NCBI GenBank assembly: GCA_963619535.1
Contig: CAVEWV010000002.1
Location: 3,327-67,326 of the forward strand
Length of the DNA: 64,000 bases
Direction: 5' to 3'
Origin: Acutalibacteraceae bacterium
GTDB taxonomy: Bacteria > Actinomycetota > Coriobacteriia > Coriobacteriales > UMGS124
In this document: one piece after another, positions 41,355 to 50,793 of the stretch
How the letters are laid out: each line of letters begins with the position of its first letter
How positions within the stretch are numbered: position 1 is the stretch's first letter
Made by a program: the position numbers and the translations under genes
The notes under the pieces: model-generated
Databases searched by the model: none
Told to the model about the DNA's origin: nothing
What the model saw: only the letters and a program-made list of their open reading frames with translations

Positions 41355-42917
41355 CTAGCCCGACGTATCGACAGGTTCAGGTGATTGCGCTCGAAACACC
41401 AGGTCAAGCAGGTCTTGTCGGCTGTTGACCCCTGCCTTGCCGTAGATGTGGCGCACATGGGAGTTCACGGTGGACTCCGAGATGGAGAGGCGCTCGGCCA
41501 CCCAGGGCTGGGTGCGCCCCATCGCCAGGTAGCCGAACACCTCGCGCTCGCGCTCGGTGAGCCCCCACGATTGGGCCAGCGCGTCGAGCGCGGCCTCGGC
41601 GCTTTGCTGCGCCTCCGAGGGTGCGGCGGGTGCGGCGGGGCGCGCGTCGAAGAGCTCCCACACGTCGCGGCCCGACAGCACCAGCACCGCCGCTATCGTC
41701 ATGAGGTAGCCCACGAAGATGGAGTCCGAATAGGGGAAGGGCGCGGCGAGCGCATGGGAGTCGAGCAGGATGCCCGCCACGCCGCCCAGGCCGCAGAACA
41801 GGCTCGACACGAGCATGCGCACCGAGCACGTCACCACGAAGCCGTCGGCCATGCCCGCATAGGCGGCCTGCGCCACGATGATCCAGATGAGCACGTCGAA
41901 GGTGGTGTAGCCGCTCAGCACCACCGCGCCCGAGAGCCAGAAGGCGTCGCTTGAGGCCAGCAGCGGCATGAGCGAGAAGCCGGCGATGATGGCGAGCAGA
42001 CCCAGGCGATACATGACGTGGGTGTGCCGGGGTGCCAAGAGGGCCCAGGCGAAGATGACCGCCGAGATGACGCAGCGCGTGATGGACAGGGCCAGACCCA
42101 CGTCGTGGCCCCCGGTGGGCGCCAGGGCGAACGACATCTGGTGGTGCATGTAGCCCAGGCCCATCATGATGAGGGCAAGCGAGCACACCGTGGAGGTGCT
42201 CACGCCCAGCGACAGGCGCACGCGGGCGAAGGGGCCGCGCTTGGCCGGCTCGGGGCGGACGGGCTGCTCGGGATGGCCGGCTCGGGGCTCGGCCGCACCG
42301 GTCGCGCCCGCCTGCCGGGAGACGTCGTGGCCCGCGGCCGGCTTGTAGGCGCGCATCTCTTGCGGCAGCAGCGCGAAGAGCCCGGCCGAGATGAGGGGCA
42401 GGGTGGCCGGGATCACGGCGGAGGCCACCGACTCCATCACCATGAACGAGATGTCGGGGATGAAGACGCAGGCGAAACCGCCCGCCACGTAGAGCGTGGC
42501 CGAGCGCTCGCCCTCGCGGCAGTACAGGGCGCCCCACTGCAGGATGGACATCCCCATGAAGACGCTCGACAGCACCGCCCCCGCCACAAGCACCGCCCAG
42601 CTTCCCGTGAGGGCGGCCGCGATGAAGAGGGCCGACCCCGCGCTTCCGCACACGCCGCACGCAAGCGCCGCCGGACGCGCGGCAAAGTGGCGCGATACAG
42701 GCCCACGCAGGGCCAGGACTGCCGCACTGACGGCCACGATGAGCAGGAAGGTGAGCCACACGGCCACCTCGGCCATATAGGGCTGCGGCGCGAACGGCTT
42801 GAAGAAGCCGCTCTTGTACATCGTGTCGACCCAGGCCCACAGGCAGGCCGAGCCCACAAGCCCGCGCAGGTCGATCCCTTTGAGACGCGCCATGGCGCTG
42901 CGTTTGTCTTCGCTCAT
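41355..42917 (-). CDS. Polytopic membrane protein with a C-terminal LuxR/FixJ-type HTH (membrane-bound LuxR regulator)
   Basis: The first ~440 aa form about ten hydrophobic segments by eye. The C-terminus reads LTEREREVFGYLAMGRTQPWVAERLSISESTVNSHVRHIYGKAGVNSRQDL. The start was moved to ATG 42917. A TATAAT sits on the minus strand at 42957-42952, about 35 nt upstream. Confidence 0.8.
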   Translation of the reverse strand: MSEDKRSAMARLKGIDLRGLVGSACLWAWVDTMYKSGFFKPFAPQPYMAEVAVWLTFLLIVAVSAAVLALRGPVSRHFAARPAALACGVCGSAGSALFIAAALTGSWAVLVAGAVLSSVFMGMSILQWGALYCREGERSATLYVAGGFACVFIPDISFMVMESVASAVIPATLPLISAGLFALLPQEMRAYKPAAGHDVSRQAGATGAAEPRAGHPEQPVRPEPAKRGPFARVRLSLGVSTSTVCSLALIMMGLGYMHHQMSFALAPTGGHDVGLALSITRCVISAVIFAWALLAPRHTHVMYRLGLLAIIAGFSLMPLLASSDAFWLSGAVVLSGYTTFDVLIWIIVAQAAYAGMADGFVVTCSVRMLVSSLFCGLGGVAGILLDSHALAAPFPYSDSIFVGYLMTIAAVLVLSGRDVWELFDARPAAPAAPSEAQQSAEAALDALAQSWGLTEREREVFGYLAMGRTQPWVAERLSISESTVNSHVRHIYGKAGVNSRQDLLDLVFRAQSPEPVDTSG

Positions 42918-43073
42918 CGATCGGGCCCCTTCCCCTTTTCGGCACCTGGGGATTATAGGCGAGGTCGCGGCTTGATTGAGACAGCATGGCGCCGCAACGC
43001 GCGAGGCCCCCGCCGCCTGCAAGCGACGAGGGCCTCGAAAGAAGATGGCGCAAGCGTGCCCGAACGCGACTGC

Positions 43074-44108
43074 TTACCCCTGGGGCAGCAGCTTCTGGGC
43101 GATCATCACGGCGTTGAGGGCGGCGCCGCGCAGCAGCTGGTCGGCCACAACCCACAGGGCCAGGCCGCGGTCGCCCTCCACGGTGGGGTCGCGGCGCACG
43201 CGGCCCACGAAGGTGTCGAAGCTGCCGGCATGCAGGGCGGGCATGGGGTAGACGTTGTTGGCCGGGTCGTCCTCAAGCACCACGTGCTCGCCGGCGGCGA
43301 TGGCGGCCTTGGCGTCCTCCACGCTCACCGCGCGGTCGAACTCCAGGTTGATGGACTCGGAGTGGCAGCGCAGCACCGGCACGCGCACGCAGGTGGGGGC
43401 CACCTTCACCGTGTCGTCGCCCATGATCTTCTTCGTCTCGACGACCATCTTCCACTCTTCCTTGGTGTAGTCGTCGTCCATGAAGACATCGATGTGGGGG
43501 ATGCAGTTGAAGGCGATCTGGTGCGCGAAGGCCTTGGGCTCGAACGGCTCGCCGGCCAGGTAGGCGCCCGTCTGCTCCTGCAGCTCGGCCATGCCCTTGG
43601 CGCCGGCGCCCGAGCTGGACTGGTAGCTCGACACCACGATGCGGTCGATGTGGCCGAGCTTGCGCAGCGGCTCCAGCGCCACGACCATCTGGATGGTGGT
43701 GCAGTTGGGGTTGGCGATGACGCCGGAGTGCCAGGCGATGTCGTGGGCGTTGACCTCGGGCACCACGAGCGGCACGTCGGGCTCCATGCGGAAGGCGCTG
43801 GAGTTGTCGATCATGACGGCGCCGGCGTCGACCACGGCCTGGCGCATGGCGCGCGAGACCGACGCGCCGGCGCTGAACAGGGCGATGTCAACGCCCTGGA
43901 AGCTCTCGGGGGTCATCTCCTGCACCACGATCTCGCCGCCGCGGAAGGGCAGCTTCTGGCCGGCCGACTTGGCGGAGGCCAGGGCGCGTACCTCGTCGCA
44001 GGGGAAGTCGAGCTCCTCCAGGCACTTGAGCATCTCGCGGCCCACCGCGCCGGTGGCACCGGCCACGGCCACGACGGGGCGAGCGGGCATCGGCTTGCTC
44101 CAGGCCAT
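43074..44108 (-). CDS. asd: Aspartate-semialdehyde dehydrogenase
   Basis: It reads VAVAGATGAVGREM, with IANPNCTTIQMV (active-site Cys region) and SSYQSSSGAG. Confidence 0.95.
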   Translation of the reverse strand: MAWSKPMPARPVVAVAGATGAVGREMLKCLEELDFPCDEVRALASAKSAGQKLPFRGGEIVVQEMTPESFQGVDIALFSAGASVSRAMRQAVVDAGAVMIDNSSAFRMEPDVPLVVPEVNAHDIAWHSGVIANPNCTTIQMVVALEPLRKLGHIDRIVVSSYQSSSGAGAKGMAELQEQTGAYLAGEPFEPKAFAHQIAFNCIPHIDVFMDDDYTKEEWKMVVETKKIMGDDTVKVAPTCVRVPVLRCHSESINLEFDRAVSVEDAKAAIAAGEHVVLEDDPANNVYPMPALHAGSFDTFVGRVRRDPTVEGDRGLALWVVADQLLRGAALNAVMIAQKLLPQG

Positions 44109-44109
44109 G

Positions 44110-45381
44110 TTAACGCACCACCTTGACGGTGCCGGCGGGGGCGTCCTCGTCCATGCCGAAGGCGGTGTGGAGCACCTGGACGGCCTTGGTGCACTGCTCG
44201 GCGTCGATGACGGTGGAGATGCAGATGGGCGAGGTGGAGATCATCGAGATGTTGATGTCGTTCTCGGCCAGGGTCTTGAACATCTTGGCGGCAACGCCGG
44301 GGTAGCTCTTCATGCCGGCGCCCACGAGCGACACCTTGGCGATGTGGGCGTTGATCTCCACGCCCTCGGCGCCCACCTCCTCGCTCAGCTGGGCCAGGGC
44401 GTCGGAGATGTGCTCCAGGCCGTTGATGGGCGTGGTGAACGAGATGTCGGTCAGGCCCTCGTGGCTGATGTCCTGGATGATGATGTCGACGTTGACGCCC
44501 AGCTCGCCCAGGCGGCCGAAGATGATGGCGGCGATGCCGGCGCGGTCGGGGACGTGGCGCAGGGTGACCTTGGCCTCGGACAGGTCGTGGGCGATGCCGC
44601 TCAGGACGGCGCTCTCGCTATACTCGGTGCATTCCATACGGTCGGGTGCCTCCTCGATGACGGTGCCCTTGGAATCCTCAAGGAACGTGGAACGGGCGCG
44701 GATGACCACGCCGTACTTGCTTGCGAACTCGACGGCGCGCAGCTGCAGCACGCCGGCGCCGTTGGCCGACAGCTCAAGCATCTCGTCGTAGCTGAGGCGC
44801 TCGACGCGGTGGGCCTTGGGGCAGATGCGCGGGTCGGCCGTGTACACGCCGTCGACGTCGGAGTAGATCTCGCAGAAGTCAGCCTCGATGGCGGCGGCCA
44901 GGGCGACGGCCGTGGTGTCAGAGCCGCCGCGGCCCAGCGTGGTAATCTCGCCGGCGGCGTTGACGCCCTGGAAGCCCGCGACGATGACGATGTTGCCCTC
45001 GTCCAGGTCACGCTTGACGCGGTCCATGCCCACGATGCGGTCGATCTTTGCGCTGGTGTGCGTGGGGTCCGTCACGATGCCCACCTGAGCGCCGGTGTGG
45101 CTCACGGCGGGCACGCCCAGCGCCTGGACGGCCATGGCGAGCACGGCCACGGAGACCTGCTCGCCGGTGGCAAGCAGCATGTCCATCTCGCGGGCGGGAG
45201 GGTTGGGGTTGACGGAGTGGGCAAGGTCGAGCAGGTGGTCGGTGTTGTCTCCCATGGCGGAGACGACCGCGACGACCTGATCGCCCGACTGGTGGCGGCT
45301 GACCAGCTTCCGCGCGACGTTCTTCACACGCTCGGGAGTGGCCACAGAGCTGCCGCCGAACTTGGCGACGACGAGTGCCAT
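44110..45381 (-). CDS. lysC: Aspartate kinase (with C-terminal ACT domains)
   Basis: It reads MALVVAKFGGSSVATPERV...VVSAMGDNTD...GGSDTTAVALAA. The start was moved to ATG 45381. Its stop lies 1 nt before the asd start. Confidence 0.95.
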   Translation of the reverse strand: MALVVAKFGGSSVATPERVKNVARKLVSRHQSGDQVVAVVSAMGDNTDHLLDLAHSVNPNPPAREMDMLLATGEQVSVAVLAMAVQALGVPAVSHTGAQVGIVTDPTHTSAKIDRIVGMDRVKRDLDEGNIVIVAGFQGVNAAGEITTLGRGGSDTTAVALAAAIEADFCEIYSDVDGVYTADPRICPKAHRVERLSYDEMLELSANGAGVLQLRAVEFASKYGVVIRARSTFLEDSKGTVIEEAPDRMECTEYSESAVLSGIAHDLSEAKVTLRHVPDRAGIAAIIFGRLGELGVNVDIIIQDISHEGLTDISFTTPINGLEHISDALAQLSEEVGAEGVEINAHIAKVSLVGAGMKSYPGVAAKMFKTLAENDINISMISTSPICISTVIDAEQCTKAVQVLHTAFGMDEDAPAGTVKVVR

Positions 45382-45815
45382 GGGCTGAACCTTTCGACTA
45401 TACGGGTCGGGATCGCGACGATGCGAACAAGCACGTGGAAGTATACGTTTGCCTGGGCCGCGAAGTGCGCACAGTATAGGGCATGAGCGGGTTTTCGGTA
45501 CCATATTGACAATGGATGGAAACGCGCCCGACTCATACACACAGGACGTACGCAGCCAATGGCGGGGCCGCGCGGCACAAGCGGCGCCCCGGGGCGGCAC
45601 GCGGCCCCGGACACGCATGCCCGGCCGACGTGCCCGGCTGATTTTTTCTCGCAGGCCACAGCGCCGGCGGGGCGGCCCTCCCCTGCCCCGCGCGCGCCTG
45701 CTACACTGCACCCGGCAGGCCGCCTCAACCCGGATGAGCAGGCCTGCAGGCGCTACCGCGCACATCGAAGACGGACGGCCGCGCACCGGGGCGCGGCAGA
45801 ATCCAGGAGAGGGAC

Positions 45816-47207
45816 ATGACGCGAGACTTTGACGAAGATTACGACTACGATTGGCAGCCTCCCCGCGACGAGGACGGCCGCGGCTTCGACGACGCCTACC
45901 CCTTCGAGGGCGACGAGGGCGCCGACCGCTGGGCCGACGAGGAGGACGAGCCCGCCCAGGAGGGCGACCAGGCCGACAAGTACGACCACCACGAGCTGCT
46001 CGAGCAGCGCGAGGAGGTGCACTGCCCCGTGGCCAAGCGCTGCGGCGGCTGCGAGTGGCTCGCCATGCCCTACGACATGCAGCTCGAGCGCAAGCAGGAC
46101 TACATCGAGGAGCTCTTCGCCGACTACCCCGTCGAGGTCGAGCCCCTCATGTGCATGGTGGACCCGCGCGGCTACCGCAACAAGGTGCAGCTCCCCTTCG
46201 CCCCGGGCAAGGGCAAGGACGGCCAGAGCGTCGTGCGCTGGGGCATCTTCGAGAAGGGCAGCCACTGGATCGTGCCCTGCAAGCAGTGCATGGTCGAGGA
46301 CCCGGCGGCCCGCCCCATCATCGCCACGGTGGCCCGCCTCATGCCTGAGTTCGGCGTGACGCCCTACAGCGAGAAGACCTTCGAGGGCACCGTCCGCTAC
46401 GCCCTCGTGCGCATCGCCCACGCCACCGGCGAGATCATGCTCACCCTCGTGTGCAACGCCGAGGAGCTGCCCCAGGACTTCATCGACGCCATCCTCGACG
46501 AGCACCCCGAGGTCACGACCGTGGTGCTCAACACCAACACCGAGCGCACGAGCGTCATCCTGGGCAAGCAGGAGCGCGTGCTGTACGGCCCGGGCTACAT
46601 CGAGGACATCCTGTGCGGCTGCCGCTTCCGCATCTCCTCCAGCTCGTTCTACCAGACCAACCCCATCGCCGCCGAGGCGCTCTACGAGGTGGCCATCGAG
46701 ATGGCCCACCTCACCTCCTCGGACCGCATCGGCGACGCCTACTGCGGCACGGGCACCATCGGCATCGTGGCCGCCAAGGCCAGCGGCGCCGAGCTCATCG
46801 GCATCGAGCGCAACGGCGACGCCGTGCGCGACGCCGAGGTGAACGCCCAGCTCAACGGCATCGAGGACGCCACCTTCGTCACCGCCGACGCCGGCAGCGA
46901 GTTCGCCCGCATGGCGCGTCGCGGCGAGCAGCTCGACGTGGTGTTCATGGACCCGCCCCGCGCCGGCTCCAGCCAGGCCTTCCTGGCCAACCTCAGCCGC
47001 CTGGGGCCCAGCCGCGTGGTCTACATCAGCTGCGAGCCCAAGACCCAGGTGCGCGACATCAAGGCCCTCGTGCGCAACGGCTACCGCATCAAGCGCATCT
47101 GCCCGGTGGATATGTTCCCCCACACCGACCATGTGGAGAATGTCGTGCTGCTCGAGCGCGGCCCTCGTCACGAGTTTGGCGCGCATCGTAAGAAGAAGCG
47201 GGCGTAA
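45816..47207 (+). CDS. RlmD/RumA (TrmA-family) 23S rRNA (uracil-C5)-methyltransferase-like protein with an acidic N-terminal extension
   Basis: The Fe-S cysteines are CPVAKRCGGCEW plus a downstream Cys. It also has FYQTN, the SAM motif DAYCGTGTIG, MDPPRAG and the catalytic YISCEP. GGAGAGGG lies before the ATG. Confidence 0.85.
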   Translation: MTRDFDEDYDYDWQPPRDEDGRGFDDAYPFEGDEGADRWADEEDEPAQEGDQADKYDHHELLEQREEVHCPVAKRCGGCEWLAMPYDMQLERKQDYIEELFADYPVEVEPLMCMVDPRGYRNKVQLPFAPGKGKDGQSVVRWGIFEKGSHWIVPCKQCMVEDPAARPIIATVARLMPEFGVTPYSEKTFEGTVRYALVRIAHATGEIMLTLVCNAEELPQDFIDAILDEHPEVTTVVLNTNTERTSVILGKQERVLYGPGYIEDILCGCRFRISSSSFYQTNPIAAEALYEVAIEMAHLTSSDRIGDAYCGTGTIGIVAAKASGAELIGIERNGDAVRDAEVNAQLNGIEDATFVTADAGSEFARMARRGEQLDVVFMDPPRAGSSQAFLANLSRLGPSRVVYISCEPKTQVRDIKALVRNGYRIKRICPVDMFPHTDHVENVVLLERGPRHEFGAHRKKKRA

Positions 47208-47244
47208 GAAGGGGAGGCGATCAGGGCACGCCAACTGCGGCGTT

Positions 47245-47285
47245 GGAAGAGGGCTCACGTACCGAAGTACGCTTCGCCCTCTTCC
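47245..47285. repeat. Solitary hairpin of the REP-like family (conserved loop, different stem)
   Basis: The hairpin is GGAAGAGGGC (47245-47254), loop TCACGTACCGAAGTACGCTTC, GCCCTCTTCC (47276-47285), followed by GCCTTGC as in the copy at 10570. Confidence 0.6.
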
Positions 47286-47348
47286 GCCTTGCATTTGACG
47301 CACCCTGACGCCTCTAAGGTCAAGGTCAAGACCTGTCTTCGGCATGAA

Positions 47349-47390
47349 AAGAGGCGCCTCGGACTTGCGGGTCTGGGGCGCCTCTTTGTT
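47349..47390. terminator. Bidirectional terminator between the convergent methyltransferase gene and purN
   Basis: The stem AAGAGGCGCC/GGCGCCTCTT (47349-47358/47377-47386) is followed by TGTT on the plus strand. AAAA precedes it, giving TTTT on the minus strand. Confidence 0.6.
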
Positions 47391-47466
47391 GGGGGCTGGC
47401 TTTGGGGTCTCAGGCTCGCCTACGGCGAGCTGAGACGGGCGGTACTGGGTAGCTCGCGCGGGCCCG

Positions 47467-48081
47467 CTACTCGGTGATCGTCACTTTACCGTCGGGCTGG
47501 ACGTGGACGCGGGATTGGGCGAGGAGCTGGATGGTGGCGGGGTACAGCTCGTGCTCCACCTCGTGGATGGCCGCCTCGAGCTCGTCTTGGGTCCAGCCCT
47601 CCTGCACGGGCACGGCCTGCTGGGCGATGATGGGGCCGCAGTCGTAGTCGGCGTTGGCGAAGTGCACCGTGACGCCCGTCACCTTCACGCCGCGCTCGTA
47701 AGCCTCCTGGATGGCGTGCGCCCCCTTGAAGGCAGGCAGAAGCGCCGGGTGCAGGTTCACGATGCGGTTGGGGAAGGCCGCAAGCAGGGGCTCGCGCACC
47801 ATGCGCATGTACCCCGCCATGATGACGTAGTCCACGCCGCGCTCGAGCAGCGTCGAGGCGATGACCTCGTCGGCGGCGATGGGGTCGGCGCGGTAGATGT
47901 CGGGCGTGAGCGACATCGTGGGGATGCCGGCGGCCGCGGCGCGCTTGAGGCCATAGGCGCTCTCGCGGCTCGAGATGACGATCTCGACGCTCGCGTCGAG
48001 CGTGCCGTCGGCGATGCGGTCGATGATGGCCTGCAGGTTCGTGCCCGAGCCCGAGATGAGAACGCCCAGCTTGATGGTCAT
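47467..48081 (-). CDS. purN: Phosphoribosylglycinamide formyltransferase
   Basis: It reads LGVLISGSGTNLQAI, NLHPALLPAFKG and HFANADYDCGPII. The start was moved to ATG 48081, with GGAGGAG upstream. Confidence 0.92.
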   Translation of the reverse strand: MTIKLGVLISGSGTNLQAIIDRIADGTLDASVEIVISSRESAYGLKRAAAAGIPTMSLTPDIYRADPIAADEVIASTLLERGVDYVIMAGYMRMVREPLLAAFPNRIVNLHPALLPAFKGAHAIQEAYERGVKVTGVTVHFANADYDCGPIIAQQAVPVQEGWTQDELEAAIHEVEHELYPATIQLLAQSRVHVQPDGKVTITE

Positions 48082-48192
48082 GAGACTCCTCCAAACGAGA
48101 AACCGCCGCAGCGCGGGGCGCAAAGGCTGCGTGCACAGGGCGTGCACGTGCCCGGGCGCGGCGCGCATGCGGCGGCTTCCAAGGTTTCCAGA

Positions 48193-49251
48193 CTACTTGT
48201 AGACGACCTTGCCCGTGCCCTCGACGATGCGGCCCACGGGGAACACCGTCTCGCCGGCGGCGGTCAGCGACTCGGCGATGGCGTCCACGTCGTCGGGGTC
48301 GCACACCACGCACATGCCCACGCCCATGTTGAACGTGCGGTAGGCCTCCTCGTCGGAGAGGTTGGCGGCCTCCACGGCGGCCTGCACCACGGCGGGCACG
48401 TCCCAGGTGCCCCACTCCACCTCGGCGTCGAGGTTCGCGGGCAGCACGCGGTTCAGGTTCTCGGTGATGCCGCCGCCCGTGATGTGGGCCACGCCGTGCA
48501 CGCCCAGGCCAGCCTCAAGCAGGCCCAGGATGGGCTTGACGTAGATGCGCGTGGGCTTGAGCATGGCGTCCACCAGGCTCTCGCCGCCGAAGCGCTCCTG
48601 CGGGGCGGTGTACTGCGCGAGGTCGGCGCTCTCGTCGATGAGCACGCGGCGGGCCAGCGAGTAGCCGTTGGAGTGCAGGCCCGACGAGGCGATGCCCAGG
48701 ATGGCGTCGCCCTCCTGCACCATCTCGGGCAGGATCATGCGGGGCTTGTCCACCACGCCCACGCAGAAGCCCGCGAGGTCGTAGTCGTCGCTGGCCATGA
48801 CGCCGGGGTGCTCGGCCATCTCGCCGCCCACCAGGGCGCAGCCCGCCTGACGGCAGCCCTCGGCGATGCCGCCCACGATCTGGGCCACATGGCCGGCCTC
48901 GATGTGGCCGATGGCGATGTAGTCCAGGAAGAAGAGGGGCTCGGCGCCCGAGGCAAGTAGGTCGTTGACGCACATGGCGACCAGGTCGATGCCCACCGTC
49001 TCGTGGCGGTCGAACACCTGGGCCAGGCGCAGCTTCGTGCCCACGCCGTCGGTGCCGCTCACGAGAACCGGCTCCTCCATGTCCTTGAGCTTTGCCGCGC
49101 TGAACAGGCCGCCGAAACCGCCCAGGCCGCCGATGACCTCCGGGCGGTTCGTGGTGGCCACGCACGCCTTGATGGCGTCGACCGCGCGGGCGCCCTCGGT
49201 GGTGTCCACGCCGGCGTCCTTGTAGGTGAACTGCTGCTTTGCGCTGTCCAT
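48193..49251 (-). CDS. purM: Phosphoribosylformylglycinamidine cyclo-ligase (AIR synthetase)
   Basis: It reads YKDAGVDTTEG, GGLGGFGGLF, SGTDGVGTK and GGEMAEHPG. Its start abuts the purF stop. Confidence 0.95.
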   Translation of the reverse strand: MDSAKQQFTYKDAGVDTTEGARAVDAIKACVATTNRPEVIGGLGGFGGLFSAAKLKDMEEPVLVSGTDGVGTKLRLAQVFDRHETVGIDLVAMCVNDLLASGAEPLFFLDYIAIGHIEAGHVAQIVGGIAEGCRQAGCALVGGEMAEHPGVMASDDYDLAGFCVGVVDKPRMILPEMVQEGDAILGIASSGLHSNGYSLARRVLIDESADLAQYTAPQERFGGESLVDAMLKPTRIYVKPILGLLEAGLGVHGVAHITGGGITENLNRVLPANLDAEVEWGTWDVPAVVQAAVEAANLSDEEAYRTFNMGVGMCVVCDPDDVDAIAESLTAAGETVFPVGRIVEGTGKVVYK

Positions 49252-50787
49252 TTACTCGTACTCCTTTTCAATCTCGGCGGCCACGTCGCTCACGAGGCGG
49301 TGGCTGCACGCAGAGGCTTCTGCCAGGTTGTTGGGGGAATAGCCGTCAAGGAACTTGCCCTGCGAGAAGATGGGCGGGATCTCCACCGGGTAGGCGCCGT
49401 CGAAGCACGAGCAGCAGTAGCCGCCCTCGGGCACGCAGGCCAAAAGGCCCTTCTGGCTCAGGAACGCCAGGCTGTCGGCGCCGATCCACTCGCACACCTC
49501 CTCGGGGGTCTTGCGCGCGGAGATGAGCTGCGACTGCACGTCGGTGTCGATGCCGTAGAAGCACGGCCACTTGACCTCGGGGCTCACGATGCGCATGTGC
49601 ACCTCGGTGGCGCCGGCCTCGCGCAGCATGCGCACGATCTGCTTGGAGGTGGTGCCGCGCACGATGGAATCGTCCACCACCACGACGCGCTTGCCCTCGA
49701 TGGTCTCGCGCAGGGGGTTGAGCTTCAGGCGCACGCCCAGCTCGCGCATCTCCTGCGTGGGCTGGATGAAGGTGCGGCCCACGTAGCGGTTCTTCACGAA
49801 GCCCGTGCGGCAGGGGATGCCCGTGGCGCGCGAGAAGCCCTCGGCGCCGGGCAGGCCCGAGTCGGGCACGCCGATGACGAGGTCGGCCTCCACGGCGCTC
49901 TCGCGGGCGAGCTGCTCGCCCATCGCGACGCGCATGGAGTGGACGGACTGGCCGTCCATGACGGAATCGGGGCGGGCGAAGTACACGTGCTCGAAGACGC
50001 ACAGGGCCTCGCGGCGGGGGGTCACGGCCTGCTCGCTCACAAGGCCCTCGGCGTTGATGCGCAGCACCTCGCCGGGCCTGACCTCGCGCACGAACTCGGC
50101 GCCCAGGATGTCGAAGGCGCACGTCTCGCTCGCCACGCACCAGCCGCCCTCCCCGGGCAGCTTGCCGAGCACGAGCGGGCGGATGCCGTTGGGGTCGCGG
50201 AAGGCGTACAGCGAGTCGCCGTTGATGAGCACCATCGCATAGGCGCCCTCGAGCAGCTCCATCGTGCAGCGGATGCCCTCGCGGATGTGGTGGGTGTTCT
50301 GCGTGAAGTAGCCGATGAGGCGCGTGGCCACCTCGGAGTCGGTGTTGGACATGAAGGGCACGCCCAGGTCGATGAGCTGGCGGCGCAGGCTCTCGAAGTT
50401 GACGAGCGTGCCGTTGTGCGCGAGCGCGATGATGACGTCGCCGATGGTGGACAGGTGCGGCTGCGCGCCGGCCCATCCTCTGCCGCCCGCCGTGCCGTAG
50501 CGCACATGGCCGATGGCCAGGTCGCCCTTGAGCGTGGCGATGTCGGCGTCGGAGAACACCTGGGTCACCAGGCCCTCGTCCTTGCGCACGAGCACGGTGG
50601 AGCCGTCACCGATGGCGATGCCGGCCGACTCCTGCCCGCGGTGCTGCAGGGCGTGCAGCGCGAAGTAGGTCATGCGGGCCACGTCCTTGCCGGGGGCCCA
50701 CACGCCGAAGACGCCGCACTCCTCCTCGGGGTGGTCGGCCGGGGCGTCCGGGTCGAACAGGGCGTCTAGGTCGTCTGCGGGATACAT
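49252..50787 (-). CDS. purF: Amidophosphoribosyltransferase
   Basis: A propeptide is followed by CGVFGVW (N-terminal nucleophile Cys). It also has HRGQESAGIA, the PRPP loop VVVVDDSIVRGTT and C-terminal Fe-S cysteines. Confidence 0.95.
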   Translation of the reverse strand: MYPADDLDALFDPDAPADHPEEECGVFGVWAPGKDVARMTYFALHALQHRGQESAGIAIGDGSTVLVRKDEGLVTQVFSDADIATLKGDLAIGHVRYGTAGGRGWAGAQPHLSTIGDVIIALAHNGTLVNFESLRRQLIDLGVPFMSNTDSEVATRLIGYFTQNTHHIREGIRCTMELLEGAYAMVLINGDSLYAFRDPNGIRPLVLGKLPGEGGWCVASETCAFDILGAEFVREVRPGEVLRINAEGLVSEQAVTPRREALCVFEHVYFARPDSVMDGQSVHSMRVAMGEQLARESAVEADLVIGVPDSGLPGAEGFSRATGIPCRTGFVKNRYVGRTFIQPTQEMRELGVRLKLNPLRETIEGKRVVVVDDSIVRGTTSKQIVRMLREAGATEVHMRIVSPEVKWPCFYGIDTDVQSQLISARKTPEEVCEWIGADSLAFLSQKGLLACVPEGGYCCSCFDGAYPVEIPPIFSQGKFLDGYSPNNLAEASACSHRLVSDVAAEIEKEYE

Positions 50788-50793
50788 CTGTTC

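Noticed and set aside
45382-45560. A lysine (L-box) riboswitch upstream of lysC.
   Set aside because: No recognisable L-box helices or conserved junction sequences were found. The observation is kept only as a long intergenic region worth scanning.
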